Below, piece by piece: positions 7,701 through 17,716 of a stretch of DNA of 64,000 bases (position 1 is the stretch's first letter; each line of letters opens with the position of its first letter). The notes under the pieces were generated by a model, which did no database searches, was not told where the DNA came from, and was given only the letters and a program-made list of their open reading frames with translations. This stretch comes from Rhodospirillaceae bacterium (lineage in GTDB: Bacteria; Pseudomonadota; Alphaproteobacteria; Rhodospirillales; UBA2165): the NCBI GenBank assembly GCA_002723345.1, contig PBNV01000003.1, positions 9,866 to 73,865 on the forward strand, written 5' to 3'. Position numbers and translations under genes: made by a program.

Positions 7701-9044
7701 ATGAAGCAACGGACCGGCACGGAAGTCGGGCGAGATATTCGCTACGGCGTGGCGGCCTTTGCGCTCGGCATGCCGACAATCCCTTTGCTAATCCATTTGC
7801 CACCGGTCTACGCCGAGGACCTTGGCTTGGGTCTGAGTTTCACAGGAGTAGCTCTATTCACGGCGCGATTGTTGGATGTCATAACAGATCCGATCATTGG
7901 CGCCGCATCTGACCGTTTGAAAGGCCCGTTCGGCCGCCGTAAGCCGCTTATCGCCCTGGGCGCCATCGTCGGCGCGGCAGGCGTCTTGTTACTGCTAAAC
8001 CCATTGGAGGATCCAGGTGCCCTTTATCTGGCGGTCTGGACGTCCGTTCTTTATCTTGGTTGGACCTTGATTAACATCCCCTACTTGGCGTGGGGCGCAG
8101 ACCTCCATACCGTGTATGACAAAAGAGCCCGATTAACCGGTGTACGCGAGAGTTTCATGCTTGTCGGTATTCTAGTCGCGGGTGTAATCCCGGCTGCTGC
8201 TACTGCGACGGGAGCTGGCAGCATTAGTGCCCTGGCCATTACAGGGTGGGGAATTGTAGTGGCGGGTGCCGTTGTATTCCCTCTTCTACTTTTGACAGTC
8301 GCAGAACCCGCCCCCCGTCCCCTGCAGGGACGAGATCCCCTTTTAGCATCAATTAGAGATCTGACCAGTAATGGCCCGTTCAACCGCCTACTTTTAAGTT
8401 GGTTCGTCAACAGTCTCGCCAACGGGATCCCGTCGGTGCTGTTCATCCTGTTTATGAAGCATGTTATCGGCGCGAATGAAATCACCCAGGGCCTTTTCAC
8501 CTTGCTCTACTTTTTAGCCGGCATCGTGGGTATGCCTTTGTGGATATGGTTGAGCCGCCGCCATAGCAAGCATCGGATCTGGTGCGTGGCGATGGTTTTG
8601 GCATCAGCGGCCTTTGCAACTGTGCCTGCCTTGGAAGCGGGTGATATTCTCCTTTTTGGGATCATTGTGCTGTTAACCGGATTCTGCCTGGGCGCCGACC
8701 TCGCACTGCCACCAGCCATGCAGGCTGACGTCGCCGAATATGAGTATTTTAGAAAAGGGCGGGACCGGACGGGCATAATGTTTGCAGCTTGGAGTATGTC
8801 GACGAAGCTGGCATTGGCCGCGTCAGTAGGCATTGCTCTCCCGATGCTAGACTGGCTGGGAACCCCAGAGCAAGGCAGTATAGAAAAATACGATTCGATG
8901 ACCCTTGCGCTGATCTACGCAGGTCTACCGGTCGTACTAAAGGTGAGCGTTACTCTACTGATTTGGGGGTATCCTCTCAATAAGGCGAAATTAGCAATCA
9001 TTCAGCGGCGGCTTGGTACCAGGATTAAAGACCCTTCAGGCTAA
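7701..9044 (+). CDS. MFS transporter, glycoside-pentoside-hexuronide (GPH) symporter-like
   Basis: 447 aa, about 12 TM helices, with DRLKGPFGRRKP after TM2. ATG directly abuts the upstream TAG. Confidence 0.8.
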   Translation: MKQRTGTEVGRDIRYGVAAFALGMPTIPLLIHLPPVYAEDLGLGLSFTGVALFTARLLDVITDPIIGAASDRLKGPFGRRKPLIALGAIVGAAGVLLLLNPLEDPGALYLAVWTSVLYLGWTLINIPYLAWGADLHTVYDKRARLTGVRESFMLVGILVAGVIPAAATATGAGSISALAITGWGIVVAGAVVFPLLLLTVAEPAPRPLQGRDPLLASIRDLTSNGPFNRLLLSWFVNSLANGIPSVLFILFMKHVIGANEITQGLFTLLYFLAGIVGMPLWIWLSRRHSKHRIWCVAMVLASAAFATVPALEAGDILLFGIIVLLTGFCLGADLALPPAMQADVAEYEYFRKGRDRTGIMFAAWSMSTKLALAASVGIALPMLDWLGTPEQGSIEKYDSMTLALIYAGLPVVLKVSVTLLIWGYPLNKAKLAIIQRRLGTRIKDPSG

Positions 9045-9045
9045 A

Positions 9046-9642
9046 ATGAAACGCAAGTTTGGAAACATAGCAACGACGGTACTGGTCCTGTTGGGCCTAA
9101 CGGGATGCACGGCGATGACATCAGACGATTTTACCAATAGAACCCCCACGCTTGTGTTGGAAAAATATTTTCATGGCAAGACCCGCGCATGGGGCCTATT
9201 TGAAGACAGGTTTGGTACCGTACGGCGCCAGTTTGTAGTTGATATCCATGGGGATTGGGATGGCAAAACGTTGACATTGGACGAAAATTTTCTGTTTGAT
9301 GACGGGGAAAAGGATTTTCGCCAATGGCGCATAAGAAAGTTGAATGACGGGACATATGAGGGCCGGGCAGACGATGTCATCGGCGCCGCCAGGGGAGTCG
9401 CGTCCGGCAATTCACTCCATTGGACTTATGTACTCGATTTAAAACGGGATAGTGGAAGTAGCATCAAAGTAAAATTAGACGATTGGATGTTTTTGCAGCC
9501 TGGTGGTGTCCTCCTTAACAGAGCACGCATGAGCAAATTTGGTATTGAGCTCGGGCAGATCACGATTTCCTTCCAAAAGATCGAGGAGGAGGCTGCTAAG
9601 ACGCAATCCGAGCGCGAAGCATACGCAGTAGCGGCCCAATGA
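9046..9642 (+). CDS. DUF3833-like lipoprotein
   Basis: Start MKRKFGNIATTVLVLLGLTGC, which contains a lipobox (LTGC). 198 aa. Last gene of the operon. Confidence 0.75.
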   Translation: MKRKFGNIATTVLVLLGLTGCTAMTSDDFTNRTPTLVLEKYFHGKTRAWGLFEDRFGTVRRQFVVDIHGDWDGKTLTLDENFLFDDGEKDFRQWRIRKLNDGTYEGRADDVIGAARGVASGNSLHWTYVLDLKRDSGSSIKVKLDDWMFLQPGGVLLNRARMSKFGIELGQITISFQKIEEEAAKTQSEREAYAVAAQ

Positions 9643-10018
9643 TTGGAAATTTCTCATAAAGCTGGGACGCCGCGTCCCAATACTCACAGTGAGAAACAAC
9701 CTTCCCGTCTGTGCACAATTCGAGCAGCGTGACACCCTCTATGGTCCATTGTTTACGCCGCAACGTGCCAGCCAGGATCCACCGGAAAAAATAAAAGCTG
9801 CCTCGGCTGCCAGTTTCCCGCACCCTAAAACTGATGCCTTGGACGGTGCCGAATAATTTGGAAAATATAGCTGCCATTTCTGCAACCCCTTTCACATCAT
9901 GAAATGGATCGCTAAACCGTACATCCGGTGAAACGTAATCGCCGAGGCGCGAAATATCCTGAGCTGTCAAGTTTTCAAGGTAATCTAGATAGGCATCAAA
10001 TGCATCGTCATGCGTCAT
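9596..10018 (-). CDS. NTF2/SnoaL-like fold protein
   Basis: 140 aa from MTHDDAFDAYLDYLENL. The ATG overlaps the upstream SDR stop (ATGA at 10015-10018). The 3' end overlaps the convergent lipoprotein gene by 47 nt. Confidence 0.7.
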   Translation of the reverse strand: MTHDDAFDAYLDYLENLTAQDISRLGDYVSPDVRFSDPFHDVKGVAEMAAIFSKLFGTVQGISFRVRETGSRGSFYFFRWILAGTLRRKQWTIEGVTLLELCTDGKVVSHCEYWDAASQLYEKFPIIGPLLRMLRARIAS

Positions 10019-10770
10019 TTCTGGACCATCCGTCGAGTGAGCCAGAAATATAAACCATCTGGAAGGCAACGGATGCCTCTCATCAGCCACGCGAAGCGAG
10101 TCGGAAACGTGATATCGAATTTTCGCTTGTTTAATCCGTCGATCAACCGCCGCGCAGCGTCATCAGCGGACATCAAGAAAGGCATCGGAAATTCATTTTG
10201 ATCGGTTAGCGGCGTCCGCACAAACCCAGGATGAACGACGGACAACCCTACCCCGTTCAGATCACACTCAGGTTTAAGAGCTTCGCACATATTGGTTATT
10301 GCAGCCTTTGACGCTCCATAGGCAGATGCCATGGGAAGGCCTCGGTGGGCGCTTAACGAGGATACAACGGCAATCTGCCCCCGGCGACGGTTTTTCATCC
10401 TTTTCAGCACGGGGCTGAGACAATTTACCGTTCCATTTACATTAATCTCCATCTGGTGAGCAAACCGCTCGGCAGAGAAGTCTTCTAAGCCGAAGCGGAG
10501 ATAGGTGCCGGCATTCAGTATTGCGAGGTCAAGCGGGCCGATCTCATCTTCGATCTTTTCTACGAGTCCGTCTATGGAATCCCGTTCAATGATATCAGCC
10601 GGAGAAGGATGAACAGAGCCGACAAAGTGTTGGGCGTCAGCTGCAAGAGAATTCAGGTCTTCTGCCGTCCGCGAGGTGGCAGCAACGCACCAGCCAGCCT
10701 CCGCAAGTTGCAGCGAAATTTGCCGCCCAAGTCCCTTTCCAGCGCCGGTGACCCATACGACCCTAGTCAT
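10015..10770 (-). CDS. short-chain dehydrogenase/reductase (SDR)
   Basis: Start MTRVVWVTGAGKGLGRQ (TGxxxGxG), with the catalytic segment ASAYGASKAA. Confidence 0.85.
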   Translation of the reverse strand: MTRVVWVTGAGKGLGRQISLQLAEAGWCVAATSRTAEDLNSLAADAQHFVGSVHPSPADIIERDSIDGLVEKIEDEIGPLDLAILNAGTYLRFGLEDFSAERFAHQMEINVNGTVNCLSPVLKRMKNRRRGQIAVVSSLSAHRGLPMASAYGASKAAITNMCEALKPECDLNGVGLSVVHPGFVRTPLTDQNEFPMPFLMSADDAARRLIDGLNKRKFDITFPTRFAWLMRGIRCLPDGLYFWLTRRMVQK

Positions 10771-11476
10771 TCGCCGCCAGTCCGCATTCAATACAATAGT
10801 ACTCCATGTCGGACCCTTCTCCAGCTTCGAATGCCATTTTAACCCATCTACCGGCATGATCATACCACACCGTAGTATTGATATCCCCGGTGTAACGATA
10901 TGGAGTAGCGTTCACCGAGCGGCCCTGGGCCCTAATGCGTTCAACTTCTCCAGGCGTGATCGTCACATCCGTGATTTTACCAGTCAATGTGTCCAAAACC
11001 TCTGTCTGCTTGATCACACCAAAATGCCAGTGATCGGTTGGATAGAGTGGTTTTTGGGATTGCACTCGGGCCTTTGGTCCTGTTATGGTCCAAGTTTGAC
11101 CCTGACGAACCGCACGCACACGCGATACGTCCCCGTCATCATCTTGTTCCGCCATCAAACGAATCATTTGGCCATCCTGCCATGCGGTCTCTGAGATATA
11201 TCGATACCGATAGACGGGGATTGAGAGAAGCGTGACCGAGACAGTCATCATCGAATTGACTTGAAATTTAGTCTTCCCGATCTTTTTGAAGGCCAGCGTG
11301 TGGCGACCAACACGGTCACCATTTCTTTTGACATCGAACGTCAGTCCTTTTGGGTAAAGTTCCCACGGCGCCAATTTTTCCGCTCCGTACAATGGCGTAG
11401 CGATAACAGAGAGGAGCAGACAGCCCAAAAAACATGAGCCATTACCGATGCTAAAAAGTCGAATGTTTAGTTTCAT
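10763..11476 (-). CDS. secreted beta-rich protein of unknown function (DUF6134-like)
   Basis: Start MKLNIRLFSIGNGSCFLGCLLLSVIATPLYGAEK, which looks like a signal peptide. 237 aa. Overlaps the downstream SDR start by 8 nt. Family name is from memory. Confidence 0.6.
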   Translation of the reverse strand: MKLNIRLFSIGNGSCFLGCLLLSVIATPLYGAEKLAPWELYPKGLTFDVKRNGDRVGRHTLAFKKIGKTKFQVNSMMTVSVTLLSIPVYRYRYISETAWQDGQMIRLMAEQDDDGDVSRVRAVRQGQTWTITGPKARVQSQKPLYPTDHWHFGVIKQTEVLDTLTGKITDVTITPGEVERIRAQGRSVNATPYRYTGDINTTVWYDHAGRWVKMAFEAGEGSDMEYYCIECGLAAND

Positions 11477-11901
11477 GCGGGTATTCTTGTGTATTTCGTA
11501 GCTAACGATTTTTATATCGCGGCACAATATTTACCAGTATTTTGACCGGTTTAAAGAAAATCATATTATGAAACAACGTTTCAACTATCGAGACATTGAA
11601 ATAAAAAAATTAACTGGATTTGATTGAATTCACCTATCGCGCGCGAACCTATTGGGTCCATAGACTGCTCAAAATACGCACGACGTTTTTCTAGGTTTCG
11701 ACAGACATATCCGCGTTATGATCAGTATACTTCTTCTCCTCATATACTTGAGATTGCCCGAACCAGCGCTTACTGCTACTTCTCAATAAACTAAACCTTT
11801 TGGGGAACTGGGGGATGCCGGCACCTGATATATTTGCAAAGGTAAATGTGTTGGTACCGTGGCCAGCATCAAAAACGGTTCGAACGAGAGGCTGAGCATT
11901 T

Positions 11902-12999
11902 ATGAAACTTGGAATGTTCCTGCAACCGGCCACCAAACCGGGCCGACCATTGTCAGAAACCATCGACTGGAACCTGGATGTCATCCGCCATGCCGACGCT
12001 TGCGGATTTGCTGAGGTTTGGATCGGACAGCATATCACATCGCCTTGGGAACCCCTGCCGGCGCCCCAGCAAATCATCGCTCGCGCGATTGGGGAAACTT
12101 CACATATAAAACTCGGCACTGGCGTCGAAGTGCTGTATCAAAGCCATCCAGTACGTCTGGCAACAGAGCTCGCCCAGCTCGATCATATGGCACACGGGCG
12201 CCTGTTATTCGGGTTCGGCGGCGGCGGCACCCCGACTGACGCGCAGCTCTATGGAGTGGATTTTGCATCTGGTCAGCATCAGGAAATGTCTCGGGAGGCG
12301 TTGGACATCATCTTGAGTTGTTGGCAGAAGGATGGGCCTTCTGACTACGCCGGGAAATATTGGTCTATAAACGCCCCTGCCTACAATGATCGCTATTATT
12401 GGCATGTGAAACCCTACGCCCCACCGGAACCTAGAATAGGGTTCGCAGGATTTATGCCCAAGTCCGGCTCTCTAGCCTTGGCGGGAGAGCGCGGTTATAT
12501 TCCGCTAAGTTTTAACGTCGCGCCGGAGCATGTAAGCGTCCATTGGGATGTAGTCGACCAATCGGCAAAGCGCATGGGCCGCAAGGCAGACCGGAGTAAC
12601 TGGCGGCACATCCGAGAAGTTTATGTAGCAGATACGGCAAAAGACGCCCGCAATGCCGTGCTGAACGGGTTTGCTGCGGAATTTTGGGATACGTATTTCC
12701 AGATTATCGTGGAACGGCTGGACATAGGTCATTTATTCCGCCGGTCCGGCGCGCCTACCGATACGCCGGTAAACGCCCAGTTTCTTGTCGATAATGGAAC
12801 CTGGTTTGTCGGAGACCCCGATCAGGTTGTGGAGCAAATCGTCGAACAGAGCAACCTCTCTGGCGGCTTCGGCGTCCTGCTGCAAATGGGGTTCGACTAT
12901 GCAGATCCTGGCGCGCGAGAGGGTTGGATGCGGTCCATGGAGTTATTATCTACGGAAGTTATGCCGCGCGTGAATAGGGCCTTGGGTCAACCCGGATAA
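11902..12999 (+). CDS. LLM-class (luciferase-like) flavin-dependent oxidoreductase
   Basis: 365 aa with MKLGMFLQPA..ADACGFAEVWIGQH..HMAHGRLLFGFGGG, typical of luciferase-like monooxygenases. Confidence 0.8.
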   Translation: MKLGMFLQPATKPGRPLSETIDWNLDVIRHADACGFAEVWIGQHITSPWEPLPAPQQIIARAIGETSHIKLGTGVEVLYQSHPVRLATELAQLDHMAHGRLLFGFGGGGTPTDAQLYGVDFASGQHQEMSREALDIILSCWQKDGPSDYAGKYWSINAPAYNDRYYWHVKPYAPPEPRIGFAGFMPKSGSLALAGERGYIPLSFNVAPEHVSVHWDVVDQSAKRMGRKADRSNWRHIREVYVADTAKDARNAVLNGFAAEFWDTYFQIIVERLDIGHLFRRSGAPTDTPVNAQFLVDNGTWFVGDPDQVVEQIVEQSNLSGGFGVLLQMGFDYADPGAREGWMRSMELLSTEVMPRVNRALGQPG

Positions 13000-13007
13000 C
13001 GCTCAGC

Positions 13008-13772
13008 TCAATAGCCCACGATAACCTGACCCGCATTGGGACTGATCACCTGACCTGTGACCATATCTGTATCTGACGATGCCAGCCAGGCAACGGTGTG
13101 CGAAATGTCTTGTGGCTTGCACAAACGGCCTAGAGGCATCGTAGACTCCAGCGCTGCTATCTTATCAGGAGGGGTTGATGCTCTCGTCATCTCCGTTTCG
13201 ACAAACCCTGGTGCCACGGCATTAACCGTGATGTTCCAGGGGGCAAACTCCCTAGCCCAAGATTTGGTAAATCCCGAAATCGCTGACTTCGCGGCTGCAT
13301 AATGGCTCGCCTCATAGTGCCCCCCCATGGCAAAAATTGATGATGTATTGATAATTTTACCCGCGTTCCGCGCCTTCATCTGAGGCAAAATGGCCTGCGT
13401 GGCAAAAAAGCTGCCCCGGACATGGACATTGAACATCTCGTCGAAAATCTCGGCCGTAATTTCCTCGATTTTCCTGCCCAATCCCCCAACACCCGCATTA
13501 TTGACAAGAATATCAATTTGACCAATCTCAGAGAGCCCACTGCAAAAAGTGTCGAGATCTACGATGTCGGAAACGAGGACGTTAGCCTGCCGGCCCGTCG
13601 CCAAAACCTGTTGGGCCGTCTCAGCGGCGCGTTCTGAATTAACATCCTGGACAATGATGTCCGCCCCACGTTTCGCCATCAAGACGGCGTGGCTACGTCC
13701 CAACCCTCCGCCGGCGCCGGTAATCAGCACTCGTTTATTTTCTAACGTTTGTCTCGTATCCAGAGAATTCAT
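13008..13772 (-). CDS. SDR family oxidoreductase (FabG-like)
   Basis: KRVLITGAGGGLGRS, NNAG and the YAAAKSA catalytic motif. Start is 13772, 13790 or 13805. Confidence 0.85.
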   Translation of the reverse strand: MNSLDTRQTLENKRVLITGAGGGLGRSHAVLMAKRGADIIVQDVNSERAAETAQQVLATGRQANVLVSDIVDLDTFCSGLSEIGQIDILVNNAGVGGLGRKIEEITAEIFDEMFNVHVRGSFFATQAILPQMKARNAGKIINTSSIFAMGGHYEASHYAAAKSAISGFTKSWAREFAPWNITVNAVAPGFVETEMTRASTPPDKIAALESTMPLGRLCKPQDISHTVAWLASSDTDMVTGQVISPNAGQVIVGY

Positions 13773-14159
13773 CAGTGTATGTCTCCCCATCCTACCTCGA
13801 GCCACATTTTCAAAAGCCAGTGTACCTGAATCAAACTTATCTCACGACCCGAGCTTTTGGTCACCACCACTAAGACCAGAGGCGGCATTTGCGCCAAAAA
13901 TTTGCCATAATTTCGCCGATCCCGCGCCGAAAGGTCTCAAGTTCCTGCAATCACGTGATTAAGAACTCCCTGATTTATCATGGCACTCTTAGATGTGCAC
14001 AAACCGCCCCATGTGAAACTCCCGAGACTGGCGAGGCTTGTTTTTGACCTAGTTCTGAGACCAAATCCGACACCTGGCCCCATAGCTAATTTCTATCTAA
14101 TACTAGTTTGGTTTATATATGTGAATGAATTACCATTTTAAAATCAGGAACCAGTATAT

Positions 14160-15011
14160 ATGGCACCGTCGATTATAGTCCCAAACCGTTCAGTAAACGG
14201 CGTGCGTATACCAACCGTCGGATACGGGACCATGCTGTTTCCAGAACCTCAACGCGCCGCTGAACTGATCCAAGGAGCACTAGAATGCGGTTACAGGCAC
14301 ATAGATACGGCCCGTAAATATGGCTCAGAGGAATGGGTTGGCGCAGGTATCCGCGCCTCTGGTCTAGCCAGAAAAGACATCTGGGTAACGACAAAAGTGA
14401 CCGAAGAGAACGCAAAGGCTGACGATTTTAAGCGTTCGGTCGACACCAGTTTGAAGACAATGGGCCTCGATTATGTCGATTTGCTTTTAATCCACTGGCC
14501 GCAGCCCAAGATACCTATGGAAGAAACGCTCGGTGCACTCGCCCAAGCAAAAAAGGACGGGTTAGCTAAAAATATCGGTGTGTCAAACTTTACCGTCGCA
14601 TTACTTGACGAGGCCGTGGCCAAATGCTCTGAACCTCTGCTAACCAACCAAATCGAATATCATGCCTACATCCGCCAGGATAAGGTCATGGCGGCCTGCC
14701 GAAAACATGGTCTCCTGGTTTCTTGCCATGTGCCCCTTGCCCGCGGTGCCGTAGTGAAAGACCCCGTACTTCGGGAGATCGCCAAATCACACAATAAAAC
14801 AACTGCACAAATTGCGCTAAAGTGGCTCATCCAGCAAGCAGATACAGTGGTTGTTCCGCGCGCGCTCTCCATGTCGCAGATAAGAGAAAATATTGATCTC
14901 TATGGGTTCGAGCTCAGTCCGGCCGAGATGAAACGGGTTTCTGGCCTACGCGAACGCAATCTCCGCATTGTAGACCCAAGCGTGCGCCGCCCGGTCTGGG
15001 ATGAGGGATAA
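14160..15011 (+). CDS. aldo/keto reductase (2,5-diketo-D-gluconate reductase-like)
   Basis: 283 aa with GYRHIDTARKYGSE, LDYVDLLLIHWP and IGVSNF motifs. Confidence 0.88.
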   Translation: MAPSIIVPNRSVNGVRIPTVGYGTMLFPEPQRAAELIQGALECGYRHIDTARKYGSEEWVGAGIRASGLARKDIWVTTKVTEENAKADDFKRSVDTSLKTMGLDYVDLLLIHWPQPKIPMEETLGALAQAKKDGLAKNIGVSNFTVALLDEAVAKCSEPLLTNQIEYHAYIRQDKVMAACRKHGLLVSCHVPLARGAVVKDPVLREIAKSHNKTTAQIALKWLIQQADTVVVPRALSMSQIRENIDLYGFELSPAEMKRVSGLRERNLRIVDPSVRRPVWDEG

Positions 15012-15035
15012 TTTATTAGCTTTGGAAATCCCCCG

Positions 15036-15695
15036 TTAACGCCCGTTTAACTCTTCGGGATAATCCGGTTGAACTTGAGGACGTGAGTCGAAAAACTCGG
15101 GATGGCTCATGCAAGTCTCAAAGATTCGAGAAAGATGGGGATAATGAGAAACATCGAAACCAAACATTTGTGCAGCGCCGACTTGTGGAATTAGGCATAA
15201 ATCAGCCAAGGAGACAGTATCGCCCTCACAATAAATACCGTCAGGATTATTTTGTTCGATATGAGCCTCCATTGCTGCAAGTCCCAAATTTGTCCAGTTT
15301 TCGATCCATTGGTTAAGAGCTGCTTCGTCTAGTCCTACCTTGTCGGTCATATATTTCCGGACCCGTGGCACCACAAGAGGATGGATGTCAGCCACAGCCA
15401 TCATGCACAAAGCCCTAACCCGCGCCCGCGCCATAGCATTCTGTGGCATTAAGGGCGGATCTGGGTAAACCTCGTCAAGATATTCAAGCAACGCCATGGA
15501 CTGATAGAGAATTGAGCCGTCATCTAATACGAGCGATGGCACCATGGCCTGTGGGTTAATCAAGTTAAAATCAGATTTGAATTGGTCACCGGCAAGAAGA
15601 TCCGTGGAAACAACATCAAAGTCTCTCCTCTTGAGTTTCAGAGCAATTCTTACTCGAAAGGATGCAAGTGATCTCCAAAAACTATATAATTTCAT
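15036..15695 (-). CDS. maiA: glutathione S-transferase zeta / maleylacetoacetate isomerase-like
   Basis: 219 aa with N-terminus MKLYSFWRSLASFRVRIALKLK and the INPQAMVPSLVLDDG motif. Confidence 0.75.
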   Translation of the reverse strand: MKLYSFWRSLASFRVRIALKLKRRDFDVVSTDLLAGDQFKSDFNLINPQAMVPSLVLDDGSILYQSMALLEYLDEVYPDPPLMPQNAMARARVRALCMMAVADIHPLVVPRVRKYMTDKVGLDEAALNQWIENWTNLGLAAMEAHIEQNNPDGIYCEGDTVSLADLCLIPQVGAAQMFGFDVSHYPHLSRIFETCMSHPEFFDSRPQVQPDYPEELNGR

Positions 15696-15915
15696 TTAAA
15701 ATCTCCCTCCAAATTATACTGCGTACGTTTTGTTCCAAATTACTGCCCCAGCACTCACTGGGATTAGCCTCCTCGCTCGAACCCACTGTCCTGCAAAAAA
15801 TCATGACCAATTGGCATGCCCACGTGCCATCACGCCTGTGCTCCTCTTTGCTCGACAGTCTGCACCTCTGGCCGAACGCCGATGTTGTTTCGCGATATAT
15901 AAAATTTTAATCCGG

Positions 15916-17685
15916 TTAGGGCAGCGGCGCAAAGATCAAAACTGTACCGATGATCACTAATCCAATCCGCACCCAGACATGTCTCGGAGAAATGATACCG
16001 AAGGATATGGCTCCGAGGCCAGCTCCGATTTTAACTAATGCCCAACTAGCCTGAAGAGGCGCTTCCGCCAAATCAATTAGACTCGGATTTACGATCATCC
16101 CAAGCGGCACCAAATAAAGCCCTACACCGAGCATCATGGCGTATCCTGCAACCCGAAGCCAATTCTCTTCAACCATGCCGGCAGCGATGAAGACCGCACC
16201 ACATACCGGCGGCGTGATAGTCGAGAGAAGTGCAAACCAAAAAACAAAAAGATGGGCCTGCAAAGGAGGTAAGCCAAGTTGGTGCAAGGCGGGCCCCGCG
16301 ACCGAAATACAAATTACGTAGGCGGCAGTGGTGGGCACCTCCATGCCGAGTATAAGGCAGGCAATTGCCGTTAGCATTAGAGCTGGCCATAGCATATCGC
16401 CGGAAACAGAGAGAATAAGTGAGGTGATTTTAACGCCCAGGCCAGTTTGGCCGAGCACACCAATGACTATGCTGGCGCATACGATAATAGCGGCAATCAT
16501 CGAGATCTGCTTGCCCGCATTGACACATACTGCCTCAATCCGGGAACGCGTGCGCGTGACCGATAATGTGAGCCGGGCGTCAATGAGCAACATCACAAAC
16601 GAAATCAAGATGGCAACGCTGGCTGCGTATTGGGGTGTAAAACCACCAAGGAACATGCGTTCTAGAAGAACCGCGAAAGGCACCGCAAAAAATAACACCG
16701 TAACCACAACGTCGCGCGTCGTTGGACAGTCATCAGGCGCCAGGCCGGCTAAGTCATAGCGGCTGGCAAACGCGTTGATGCCAATCCAAACGGCAACAAA
16801 ATAGAGAATTGCGGGAAACAGTGCGGCAAGAATGATTGCCGTGTACGGAATGCCAGTCAGTTCAACCATCACAAAGGCACCAGCTCCCATCAATGGGGGA
16901 AGGATTTGTCCGCCAGAGGATGCCACTGCCTCCACCGCTCCGGCCAGGGCTGGCGGATACCCGAGGCGACGCATAGCTGGCAAGGTGATGGCACCGGTAG
17001 AAGCTACGTTGGCTGATGCAGAGCCCGAGATGGAACCAAAAAAAGCCGATGAGAGGACCGAGACTTTAGCCGCACCCCCGCGTAAGTGCCCCGCGGCCGC
17101 ACTGGCCAGGTTCATAAAGCCCTGTCCGGCCTCACCAGCATTCAACACGGCGCCCATGATGACAAAAACAGCAACGACGTTAACCGAAATGCCAGTGAGA
17201 CTCCCCCAGATGCCTCCTTCGGCAATTGTTAATGTGCCCAGAAAACTCTCTATGGGCATACCGGGATAGCCAAACTCGCCCGGCAGATACTGGCCGAAAA
17301 GTCCATAAACGATGGCGACTAACGCTACCATCGGCAAGGGCCATCCAATTGCACGACGCGCCATCTCCAGCACCACCGCTAGTAACGTTATGGCCAACAA
17401 AAGTTGCCCATTGCCCTCGAGAGAGCCGTATTGATCGGAAAGTTGCACTTCGTTTAGCACAACATAAAGGCACGCGAGTTCCCCAGCCACACAGAGAATT
17501 ACGCCGCTCATTAGGGTACTTCGTGAACCAGCTCTTAATAAGAAGATCCAAGGCAGCGCAAGCATCAGGTGCAAGGGACGCGCTACTAAGTTTGGCACAA
17601 GACCTGAAAAAATTAACCCGATATGAAAAAAAATGGAAGCGGCACCCAGTGCCGTAAAGATTAGGCGTTCGGGTGCCGTTATCAC
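15916..17685 (-). CDS. TRAP transporter fused permease (TAXI-type, DctQM-like)
   Basis: 589 aa, highly hydrophobic, with ..GGQILPPLMGAGAFVM... Lies directly downstream of a TAXI receptor gene. Confidence 0.88.
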   Translation of the reverse strand: MITAPERLIFTALGAASIFFHIGLIFSGLVPNLVARPLHLMLALPWIFLLRAGSRSTLMSGVILCVAGELACLYVVLNEVQLSDQYGSLEGNGQLLLAITLLAVVLEMARRAIGWPLPMVALVAIVYGLFGQYLPGEFGYPGMPIESFLGTLTIAEGGIWGSLTGISVNVVAVFVIMGAVLNAGEAGQGFMNLASAAAGHLRGGAAKVSVLSSAFFGSISGSASANVASTGAITLPAMRRLGYPPALAGAVEAVASSGGQILPPLMGAGAFVMVELTGIPYTAIILAALFPAILYFVAVWIGINAFASRYDLAGLAPDDCPTTRDVVVTVLFFAVPFAVLLERMFLGGFTPQYAASVAILISFVMLLIDARLTLSVTRTRSRIEAVCVNAGKQISMIAAIIVCASIVIGVLGQTGLGVKITSLILSVSGDMLWPALMLTAIACLILGMEVPTTAAYVICISVAGPALHQLGLPPLQAHLFVFWFALLSTITPPVCGAVFIAAGMVEENWLRVAGYAMMLGVGLYLVPLGMIVNPSLIDLAEAPLQASWALVKIGAGLGAISFGIISPRHVWVRIGLVIIGTVLIFAPLP

Positions 17686-17716
17686 AATCGTGTTCCCTGA
17701 AGCAGTCTACATCACC

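Noticed and set aside
11568-11627. 19-codon ORF (MKQRFNYRDIEIKKLTGFD) in the 425-bp AT-rich gap upstream of the LLM gene
   Set aside because: It is too short, has no RBS and shows no recognisable leader-peptide logic.
13949-13960. Perfect 12-bp palindrome AATCACGTGATT in the SDR/AKR divergent region; a similar TGGAAATTTCCA lies at 63330-63341
   Set aside because: About 15 perfect 6+6 palindromes are expected by chance in 64 kb, and there is no supporting second copy or adjacent regulator.
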